A DNA stretch of 64,000 nt, taken from positions 1 through 64,000 of the forward strand of contig JAZAMN010000008.1 of NCBI GenBank assembly GCA_036229005.1, given 5' to 3'. The position numbers and the translations under genes were made by a program. Positions 1-8,600 of this stretch are shown piece after piece. Source of the DNA: Myxococcota bacterium. GTDB taxonomy: Bacteria; Myxococcota_A; UBA796; CAJQPC01. The notes under the pieces are model-generated. The model made no database searches. It was given only the letters and a program-made list of their open reading frames with translations, and was not told the DNA's origin. How positions within the stretch are numbered: position 1 is the first letter of the stretch; each line of letters starts with the position of its first letter.

Positions 1-244
1 TGCCAGGCTCTTCTCGCCAGAAGATGTAGGCAATGTCACTGCCTGGTGCACAAGCAACGATACCTGCGCTGCCGTTCCATCCCGGCGTGTGGCCCGGCAC
101 CCAGAAGCGCCCGTCTCCGCAAATGGGTTCCGCGCCGTAGTTGCTCACACACGAACCCTCCACCCAGGTCAGGTCCGGATCAGAGCACGCCCCGGTGTCT
201 CCAGTGTCCGCGCGGGCGGCGAGGGTCAGGAGGAGGGGGAGCAT
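1..244 (-). CDS. Secreted hypothetical protein, 5' part (runs off the window)
   Basis: Manual translation from ATG at 244 gives MLPLLLTLAARADTGDTGACSDPDLTWVEGSCV..., open to the window edge, with a signal-peptide-like start; not in the ORF track. Confidence 0.6.
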   Translation of the reverse strand, partial: MLPLLLTLAARADTGDTGACSDPDLTWVEGSCVSNYGAEPICGDGRFWVPGHTPGWNGSAGIVACAPGSDIAYIFWREEPG

Positions 245-434
245 CGGGTCTCTAGGCGAGCGGGTTCCAGCCCAGAACAGCAGAACGGAGAGGGGGCGTC
301 AACTACACTGCACTTCACCGAGAGTGGAGAGGGCCCAGCCGCACCTCGCTGATGGGGAGCGTGTCGAGGTCTGGATCTGACACAGACTCCAGGCGGTGAG
401 GACGCCAACTCCGGGCGCCCCCAAGCCTCTCCTC

Positions 435-1994
435 CTAGCCGATCAGGAGCCCCAGCCGGCAGATGCGCTCAAGCTGGGCCTGGATCATGGGCTGGAGGGC
501 CTCGATGAGCATGGGGGAGCCGCTCAGGTCGGGGCCGGTCCACTGGACCTTGAGGTCCTTGTTGTTGAGGACTTCAGCCGCGGCTTCGGCCAGGGCGGGG
601 ATGTCGCGGGAGCCGTCCAACAGGGGGACCAGGATCTTGTCGAAGTCCTCCAGGCGCACGGTGGTGTGCATGAGGCTGGTGACCAGGCTGCCTTCGGTGG
701 CCTGCTGGCGGGCGCGGGCCCAGACGATGGGCTTCTCGGAGATCTGTGTGACCCAGGGGACGGGGGTGACCCGGACCTCGACCAGATCCTTGGCGAAGCA
801 GGCCAGGATGTTGGTGCCGACCTCCTGGACGTCGTCGGGCTGGGGGTCCTCGCCCAGCAGCTCCCGGGCGGCCAGGGCGAGCTCGGGGACGCTCATGCAG
901 CCAGGGCGGGCGAGCTCGAGGGCGTGGAGGGCGGCCTTGACCAGGGGGACGCCGGCCTTGAGGGGGACGTCGTTGCGGATCCAGGAGGCCAGGGAGTCGT
1001 CGTGGAGCTGCCAGGGCTCGGCGTCGTCTTCGGGTTTGTAGAGGGCCCGGATGCGGAGGCCCTGCAGGTCCTCCCAGGTGAGGTTGCGGTCGAGCTCGGG
1101 GGCGCTGTGGCAGATCAGGGACTTGCGGAAGCCGCGGTTGCGGAGGAAGTCCATGTACTGTTCTGTGCGGATGAGCTCGGTGGCGACCACCGAGATCTCC
1201 TCGGCCACGTGCTCGGGGAAGTTGGAGACCAGCATGGAGCTGAACTCGCCGTCGCCCATGTACTGCAGGTCGGCCTCCGTCAGGCGGCGGGCGAACTCCT
1301 TGAAGTAGATGGGCTCGTTGTAGGGCGAGAGGTACTCGTGGAAGATGTAGCTGTCGTACTGGGAGCCCAGGGACTCCTGGAGGATGCGGGTGGCATCGCC
1401 GTAGTGGCCGCCGCCGGACTCTTCGCCCAGGGCGCGCACCAGCAGGCCCAGGATGGCGCGGGCCTGGCCGATCTGGTCCTCCGGCGACTCGAAGAGGCCA
1501 GCGTGGAAGAGCATCATCTCCCGCACGTGCATGCGCCCCAGCCAGCCGGGGTAGACGTTGTAGGAGACGTAGGCCACGCCGTTTGGGGAGAGCTGCTCCC
1601 GGATGACGCGCAGGATGTCCTGCTGCACCTGGGGGGGGACCCAGGAGTAGACGCCGTGGCAGAGGATGTAGTCCCAGGGGCCCTCGTCGAAGTCGCTGAC
1701 GGACTGGTGGCGCAGCTCCAGGTTGAGCAGCCCCAGGTCCTGGACGCGGGCGTTGCCGTCCTGGATCTGCACCTCGGACAGGTCGATGCCCAGCAGGGTG
1801 GCGTCGGGCAGAGTCCAGGCCATGGGGATGAGGTTCGCCCCGTGGGCACAGCCGATCTCAAGGATCCGCGCCTTGCGAGGATCGGGGGCGTTCAGCCCAA
1901 AGAGACGTGCGAGGGCCGCGAGGTGATCGGGGTGGGTCTCCTGAAAGGTCCCACCAACGTAGGGAACCGCGTCGTAGCGGGTTTTCTTGGACAT
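435..1994 (-). CDS. Class I SAM-dependent methyltransferase with methyltransferase regulatory domain
   Basis: ILEIGCAHGAN SAM motif, DYILCHGVYSWV, YVSYNVYPGW and HEYL motifs typical of this family. Confidence 0.85.
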   Translation of the reverse strand: MSKKTRYDAVPYVGGTFQETHPDHLAALARLFGLNAPDPRKARILEIGCAHGANLIPMAWTLPDATLLGIDLSEVQIQDGNARVQDLGLLNLELRHQSVSDFDEGPWDYILCHGVYSWVPPQVQQDILRVIREQLSPNGVAYVSYNVYPGWLGRMHVREMMLFHAGLFESPEDQIGQARAILGLLVRALGEESGGGHYGDATRILQESLGSQYDSYIFHEYLSPYNEPIYFKEFARRLTEADLQYMGDGEFSSMLVSNFPEHVAEEISVVATELIRTEQYMDFLRNRGFRKSLICHSAPELDRNLTWEDLQGLRIRALYKPEDDAEPWQLHDDSLASWIRNDVPLKAGVPLVKAALHALELARPGCMSVPELALAARELLGEDPQPDDVQEVGTNILACFAKDLVEVRVTPVPWVTQISEKPIVWARARQQATEGSLVTSLMHTTVRLEDFDKILVPLLDGSRDIPALAEAAAEVLNNKDLKVQWTGPDLSGSPMLIEALQPMIQAQLERICRLGLLIG

Positions 1995-2062
1995 GATCCT
2001 CGTAGTAACCCTTATGCGCCCCCGGTGGACTAGGGGGTAAACCGAGGCCGCTCTTTAACCTC

Positions 2063-2443
2063 TTGCATTTGGACTACATTTTGTCCGAGCCCAGCCCAAA
2101 GTCCATCCTGGTGGTCGACGACGAGGCCCAGATCCGTCGCGCCTTGGGGCGGACGCTGCGCCGGCAGGGCTTCGCCGTGCGAGAGGCACAGGACGGGGTG
2201 GAGGCGCTGGAGAACCTGGCGGCCGAGGGCGCACCGTCGGTGGTGGTGCTGGACCTGCTGATGCCGCGCATGGACGGCCGGCAGTTCCTGAGCCGCGTGC
2301 GACAGACCCACCCCGAGCTGCCCGTGCTGGTGTGCACCGCGAGCGAGGCGAAGGACCTGGAGGGCCTGCCCTTTGTGCAGGTGCTGGAGAAGCCCTGGAC
2401 GGTGAGCGGGTTCCTGGAGAAGCTGGACGGCCTGCTGGACTGA
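2063..2443 (+). CDS. Single-domain response regulator (receiver)
   Basis: ILVVDDE, LDLLMPRMDG and KPW receiver motifs. Confidence 0.9.
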   Translation: MHLDYILSEPSPKSILVVDDEAQIRRALGRTLRRQGFAVREAQDGVEALENLAAEGAPSVVVLDLLMPRMDGRQFLSRVRQTHPELPVLVCTASEAKDLEGLPFVQVLEKPWTVSGFLEKLDGLLD

Positions 2444-2469
2444 GCAGCCCACCGCTCTGGGACCCTGAA

Positions 2470-2501
2470 GACAAACGGGGCCACCCCGAAGGGCGGCCCC
2501 G
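2470..2501 (-). terminator. Rho-independent terminator
   Basis: Minus strand CGGGGCCGCCC-TTCG-GGGTGGCCCCG followed by TTTGTC, just downstream of the 2518..5478 gene. Confidence 0.7.
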
Positions 2502-2517
2502 AAGCACCCGGAAGGGA

Positions 2518-5478
2518 TCAACCCTCCGGCGAGGTCACCGGGTCGTCGCTGGGCTCGGCGGGAGCCTCGGCAGGAGCCTCGGCGGGAGCCTCGGACTTCT
2601 CGGCGGGGGCCTCGGCAGGGGCCGAGGCAGCAGCCTCGGTGGGGGTCGCGCCGTGCAGGTGCGGGAGTGCCTCGCCTGCGCCAGGGGCTGCCTGGGATGC
2701 GGGAGCCTCCGGGTGGCCCTTGCGGCGAACCACGGTGTTCCCACGGTCCGAGTTCAGCTTCTCCTCGACCTTGGCCAGGGTGGCCTCCCGGGAGGCCTGG
2801 GCGGCGGCGGCCTCGGCGGCCTTCTCGATCTCGGTGGCCTCACCGGAGGCGATCAGGGCGGCCAGCTTCTCGGACTGGGCCTGCAGGCGGGGGCGCAGGG
2901 CGCTGCCCTCACCGGCCAGCGCCAGGGCCTGGGTGAGCTCCTGGTGGGCGGCGAACACCTTGCCGCGGGCAAAGAGCAGCTCGCCGCGGGCGGCGCGGGC
3001 CTCGGCGTGGTGGGTGGTGCCGGAGAGCACGCGGCCCAGGCGACCCTCGGCCTGATCCAGGCGACCCATGCGGGTGTCCACGCGGGCGATGAGGATGGCG
3101 AGCTCGGGGCTCTTGCGCTTGGCGAGCTTCTCGGCCTTCTTGGCAGCCCAGGCGGCGCGCTCGGCGTCACCGTCGGTGTCCAGGATGAGCTCGGCGAGCT
3201 CCATGTAGCCGTAGAAACCCTGGCCCTTGCCGGCGTCCTTGAGGGCGGCCTCGAGCAGCTCCTTGGCCTCGGCGATCAGAGCAGCGGCCTGCTCGGGCTG
3301 GGCCTGGGCCTGGAGGCGCAGCAGGTTGGCCAGGCGACGCTGGTGGGTGTCGCGGCCGGGCTCCAGCTCCAGGGCGTAGCGCAGCGCGTTGGCGGCGTCC
3401 CCGAAGCGCTCGACGCCCTGGGCAGCCAGGACCTCGCCCAGGCGGGAGTAGGCCTCGGGCTGGCTGGGGTCGATCTCGATGGACTCGCGCAGGGCCTTCT
3501 CGGCCTCGGCCCAGCGCTGCAGCTCGGCCAGCACAGCGCCCAGACGGCGCGCCAGGCTGGACTCGGTGGGGAAGGCCTGCCGGCCGCGGACCAGGGCCTC
3601 GACGGCGCGGTTCTGGTCGCCCTTGCGGCGGCGCTTGAGGCGCCAGCCGGCCTCGAAGTGGAAGAGCTCGGGGGTGGGGCAGCGCTCCTGGGCGCCGTGC
3701 AGCAGCTCGTCGATCTGCTGGGGCTCGGCGTTCTGGGCGACCATGACCTCGGCCTTGGCGGCGTAGAGCTCGGGGTTGTCCGGGGAGAGCTTGAGCAGGT
3801 GGTTGACGCGCCGCAGCGCCATCTCGGCGCGGGGCTGCTTGCCGCGGATCAGGCCCAGCACGGAGTTGAGCATGGGCTCGCGGTCGGCGTAGGCCAGCTC
3901 GCGGCGGCTGCGGTCCCGACGGGCCATGACCAGCATGCGGTTGACCTCGAAGCCCAGCGCCATCTGGGCGGCGCCGCTCAGGGACTCGAAGCGCTTGGCC
4001 ACCAGGCGGGCGACGGTCTCCAGGGTCTGGAAGTCGTTGATCTCGCGGTAGGGCAGCACGGAGAGCAGCAGGGGGTGCACCGTGTAGCGGCGGGGGTCGC
4101 CGTGCAGGGTGGTGTCCACCAGGCCCAGGCGGGTCAGGGTGACGCGCTGGTCGCGGTTGATGCCCAGGCTGGAGAGCTCCTGGCCGGTCAGGCCGACGGG
4201 GCTGTGGGCGATGGTGAACAGGGCCTGCTTGAGGGGCGCGGCGAGCTTCTCGGCCTTGCGCTGGAGGTGGCGCTGCAGGACCTCGACGTTCTCAGGCTGC
4301 ACCAGCTTGAGGAACTTCTTGTTGTCGAAGAGCTTCTCGGGGTTGTCCGAGTCGCGCCAGGACACCGCGTAGGCGCGGGCAGCCATGGGGTGGCCGCCGG
4401 TCTGGTTGTGGACCTCGCCCATCTTGTCGCGGGGGGCCTGCTCGGCGTGGTAGGCGACGAAGATCTCGTGCAGCTCGCGGCCCTTGAGGCCGCCCACGTT
4501 GACGACCTGCAGGGCCTCGGCGCTGCCCTGGATGCGGGGGGCGGCGGTGGAGATGAACAGCAGGCTGGCCTTCTGGCCGGGGCGGGTGAACACGGCCTGG
4601 AGCAGCAGCCCCAGGCGATCCTGGCGGGCCAGGCCGCCGTCGCGGAAGAGCAGGGGCTCCAGGCCGCGGATGATCAGGACCTTGCCCTTGGACTCGTCCC
4701 GGGAGAGGGCGCCGATGAGGGCGTCCACGGTCTCGGCGGGGGTGCCGGCGGTGCCCTTGTCCTGGAGGGCCTTCTGCAGGTCCTCATCGCCGCAGGAGAT
4801 GGCGATCAGGGCGGCCAGGGCGTCAAAGCCCGCGTCGCGGCGGAGGGTGAACTCGGCCTCGACGTTCAGGCTGTCCTGGGCCTCGATGACCTCGCTGGCG
4901 AGCCAGCTTCGGCCGACGCCCTCTCCACCCTGGAGCAGGATCGGTCCACCCGCCAGCAGTGCAGCAGACAGAGCCTCCTTCTCCTCCTCCCGACCGACGA
5001 GGGCCATGTGGGGAGCGCCGGAGCCCTTGCTGGACTTCTTCTTGGCGGCGGCCTCCAGAGGCGCGGCGGCCTGGGGGCTGACCTGACCGTCCACGGGGAG
5101 CTCGGCCAGGAAGTCGCGGGCCTGGGCCTTGTGGTGCTCGATGCGCATCAGGCGGATGCCCACGGGCAGACCGAAGGGGTTGTAGGTCGGGGCGACCAGC
5201 AGGACGTCGGGCTTGGCCTTGGCCTTCTTGAGGGCCTTGGCGAGGGCCTCCAGGGCGCGGCCGTCCAGACCGGGGTCGGGCTCGACCAGCACCAGCAGGC
5301 CACCGCCCTTGGCCAGGGCGGCCAGGTGCTCGGGGCCCACGGGGGTGTCGCCGAGGGTCAGGATGGGCAGGGCGGTGCGCTGGCCGAGGGCCTCGCGGGC
5401 GCCGGGGTCGCTCTCGACTCGGGAGCCGCAGAGCAGCAGGCAGCGCCCCTTGTTGATCGCAGTCATCACGCGCTTCAT
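2518..5478 (-). CDS. STAND/NB-ARC-like P-loop protein with C-terminal TPR repeats
   Basis: LVGREEE pre-P-loop, Walker A-like GGEGVGRS, GGHP motif, VHPLL, then multiple TPR-like helices and a Pro/Ala/Glu-rich tail. Confidence 0.7.
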   Translation of the reverse strand: MKRVMTAINKGRCLLLCGSRVESDPGAREALGQRTALPILTLGDTPVGPEHLAALAKGGGLLVLVEPDPGLDGRALEALAKALKKAKAKPDVLLVAPTYNPFGLPVGIRLMRIEHHKAQARDFLAELPVDGQVSPQAAAPLEAAAKKKSSKGSGAPHMALVGREEEKEALSAALLAGGPILLQGGEGVGRSWLASEVIEAQDSLNVEAEFTLRRDAGFDALAALIAISCGDEDLQKALQDKGTAGTPAETVDALIGALSRDESKGKVLIIRGLEPLLFRDGGLARQDRLGLLLQAVFTRPGQKASLLFISTAAPRIQGSAEALQVVNVGGLKGRELHEIFVAYHAEQAPRDKMGEVHNQTGGHPMAARAYAVSWRDSDNPEKLFDNKKFLKLVQPENVEVLQRHLQRKAEKLAAPLKQALFTIAHSPVGLTGQELSSLGINRDQRVTLTRLGLVDTTLHGDPRRYTVHPLLLSVLPYREINDFQTLETVARLVAKRFESLSGAAQMALGFEVNRMLVMARRDRSRRELAYADREPMLNSVLGLIRGKQPRAEMALRRVNHLLKLSPDNPELYAAKAEVMVAQNAEPQQIDELLHGAQERCPTPELFHFEAGWRLKRRRKGDQNRAVEALVRGRQAFPTESSLARRLGAVLAELQRWAEAEKALRESIEIDPSQPEAYSRLGEVLAAQGVERFGDAANALRYALELEPGRDTHQRRLANLLRLQAQAQPEQAAALIAEAKELLEAALKDAGKGQGFYGYMELAELILDTDGDAERAAWAAKKAEKLAKRKSPELAILIARVDTRMGRLDQAEGRLGRVLSGTTHHAEARAARGELLFARGKVFAAHQELTQALALAGEGSALRPRLQAQSEKLAALIASGEATEIEKAAEAAAAQASREATLAKVEEKLNSDRGNTVVRRKGHPEAPASQAAPGAGEALPHLHGATPTEAAASAPAEAPAEKSEAPAEAPAEAPAEPSDDPVTSPEG

Positions 5479-5626
5479 GGAAGCCTCTCTCCTGTTGAGG
5501 AGCCGGGTCTGGAAAGGCCGCTGGCCTAACGGGGTCCCCAGGGGGGATCAAGGCCCCCAGTCCCGAAGATTCGCCCGTTCTCGCGGCGCACTATACTGCC
5601 GGCCTCCACAACACGAGCAGCGACCG

Positions 5627-8600
5627 ATGCGGCCCCCCCTCCACTCCCTCTCGATCGAGCGCCCTCTGGCGGCCTCGGTCCCCGGCCTGCGGCGCTTCGA
5701 GGTCGTGGACGATTCTCTGGATGGACAGCTCCTGATCGGCGGCCCGGAGCTGATGGCCCGGGTGGAGCGCCTGGCCTGGGGCGGCCCCCTGGAGGCCCCC
5801 CGCGGCGAGCTCCACGGCGGCGAGTTCCGCGTGCTGCTCCCCGAGCGCCTGCTCTTCACCCTGGCCGAGATGCCCGCGCTGCCGGCGCCCGTCGCGTTCT
5901 CCCTGCTGCTGCGCCTCTCCGAGATCCTGGACCGCCTCCACGACGAGGACGTGGTCCACGGCGCGCTGCACGCGGACAGCATCGGCTTCGACGCGCTGGG
6001 TCGGCTGCGCATCCGGCCGGCTCTGCATCAGCCTGTCCTCGCCGAACCCGACGGGTCCCCCCTCAGTCCGGCCACCGAGTGTCGCTTCCTGGGTGAGCTG
6101 GCCTGTGGACTCATGGACGGCACCGCTCCCACCCAGCTCGACCTGAGCGGAGTGGACGCCAAGACGGCCCGGACCCTGCTCCGCGGGCTGCTGCGCCCCA
6201 AGGCCTCGCTGCGTCTGGCTCCGGCGCGGGCGCTGCGGCAGTCCCTGGGTGTGCTGTTCTCCCGCAGCGGAATCGACGACCCGGATCAGCCTCTGCGGGC
6301 GTGGCTCGCGGAGCGTGGGCTGACGGACCCGCAGCTCGACAGTCCCGGTAAGATCGTGCTCCCGCCGGAGGAGGGTCAGGCGCCTCGGCGGCCTCCGCGG
6401 CACATCCCCGAGCTGACGACGGACCCGGCCCAGGCAGCGGGCGGCGCGATCCCCAAGGAGGCCCAAGAGCCCCCGGAGTCGGCGGTGGGGCTGATGGAGC
6501 TGCTGCCCCCGGAGCCCCCGGGTGAGCTGCGCAGCGTGGCCGAGGCGACCCTGGACGAGAGCGTGGACGACCCCTGGTCGGAGCTGGATCCGGCCTCGGA
6601 GATCTCGATCATCGAGGCGGCGCCGGTGGCCCTGGAGCTCTCCGGCGCGGCCCCTCAGCCGGCGCGGGTGCGGATCGGTCCGCTGGTGGGCGCTGGCGAG
6701 GCGATCCCGGTGCTGGGCGTGGGCGATGGCGGCGTGGACGAGGACGCGCCGCTGGAGATCGGGGAGGCCGAGGATACCGGCCCAGATTCGGCGGTTGAGC
6801 TGAGTTTTGGCGCATCGGGCCTGGAGGAGGAGGACGAGGATCTGGAGGTGTACGCGCCTGCTGGGTCCACCTCCCAGGCGGGCTCGGCCCCCGCGCACCT
6901 GTCTGCACCCCCGACCATCAACGAGGACACCGGGGCGCCGACCAGGGCGCTCGCAGCGATGGGCGATGAGCCCTCTCCTGGGGTTGCCGAGGCTGTGGTG
7001 GTCGAGGCTGTGGAGGTCGAAGGTGTTGGGCGTGGCGGCGGCGTGGCGCAGGCCGGCGGAGCCCAGGCTGTGGAGCTCGGTGACGCAGCAGAGGACGCTG
7101 CCGAGGATGAGGCGGTTGGCGGCACTGCGGAGCTCGCGGGCGCTGAGGCTGGCGCGGCGCAGGTTGAGGTGGCGAGCGGCGCAGCGGCCGACCGCGTGGA
7201 GGCGCGTGACAGCGCTGAGGCCGAAGCCGGCGAAGTCCACGCTGTCGAGGACGTGGCGCAGGGCGCGGAGGCCCAGGCTGCGGAGCTCGGTGCCGCAGCG
7301 AAGGATGAGGCGATTGGTGGTGCCGCGGACTTCGTGGGCGCCGAGGCTGAGGCCGGCGCGGCGCGGGTTGAGGCGGCGAGCGACGGCGGCGAGGCTGAGG
7401 CCGGCGCGGCGCGGGTTGGGGTGGCGGGCGACGGCGCGGCCGACCGCGTGGAGGCTCGCGACAGCGCTGAGCAGGTTGAGGTGGCGAGCGACGGCGCAGA
7501 GGCAAAGGCCGGCGTGGCGAACGGCGTCGAGGACGCAGCGCAGCGCGCTGAGGCACACGCGGGAGAGACCGGCTCCGCACCGAAGGACGCCGCCCAGGGT
7601 GAGGCGATTGGCGGCGCCGCGGACTTTGTGGGCGCGAAGACTGAGACCGGCGCTGCGGAGCATGGGGCGGCGAGCGGCGCCGAGGCTGACGGCGCCGAGG
7701 CTGAGGCCGGTGCAGCGCAGGTTGAGGCGGCGAGCGGCGTAGAGGCCGAAGCCGGCGAGGCTGAGACCGGCGCAGCGCGGGTTGAGCCGGCGAGCGAGGG
7801 CGCAGAGACTGAGAGCGTCAAGCCTGAGGCCGGCGCGGCGCGTGTTGAGCCGGCGAGCGGCGCCACGGCCGACCGCGTGGAAGCACGAGACAGCGCGGCG
7901 CAGGTTGAGCTGGCGGGCGACGGCGCAGAGGCACAGGCCGGCGTGGCGAACGGTGTCGAAGACGCTGCAGGTCGCCCCGAGGTCTTGGCTGCGGAGCTCG
8001 GTGACGCAGCCCAGGGTGAGGCGATTGGCGGCGCCGCAGACTTCGTGAGCGCAAAGACTGAGACCGGCGCTGCAGAGCATGGGGCGGCGAGCGGCGCCGA
8101 GGCTGAGGCCGGCGCAGCGCAGGTTGGGCCGGCGAGCGAGGCCGCAGAGAGCGTCAAGGCTGAGGCCGGGGAAGCGGCGAGCGACGCAGAGGCCGACAGT
8201 GCGGCGCGGGTTGAGCCGGCGAGCGACGGCGCAGAGGCTTTCGACGCCGAGGCCAAGGCCGGCGCGGCGCGAGTTGAGGCGGCGAGCGACGCAGCGGTCG
8301 ACCGCGCCGAGGCTGAGGCCAGCGCGGCGCGTGTTGAGGCGGCGAGCGACACAGCGGCCGACCGCGCCGAGACTGAGGCCGGCGCAGCGCGGGTTGAGGT
8401 GGCGGGCGACAGGGCGGCGCAGGTTGAGGTGGCGGCCGACAGGGCGGCGCAGATTGAGGCGGCGGTCGACGGCGCTGAGGCTGAGGCTGGCACGGCGCAG
8501 GTTGAGGCGGCGAGCGGCGCCACGGCCGACCGCGTGGAGGCTCGCGACAGCGCAGCGCGGGTTGAGTCGGCAAGCGACGGCGCTGAGGCACAGACCGGCG

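Noticed and set aside
245..434. Small ORFs or a pseudogene fragment between the first two genes
   Set aside because: No recognisable motif or consistent frame; cannot be supported.
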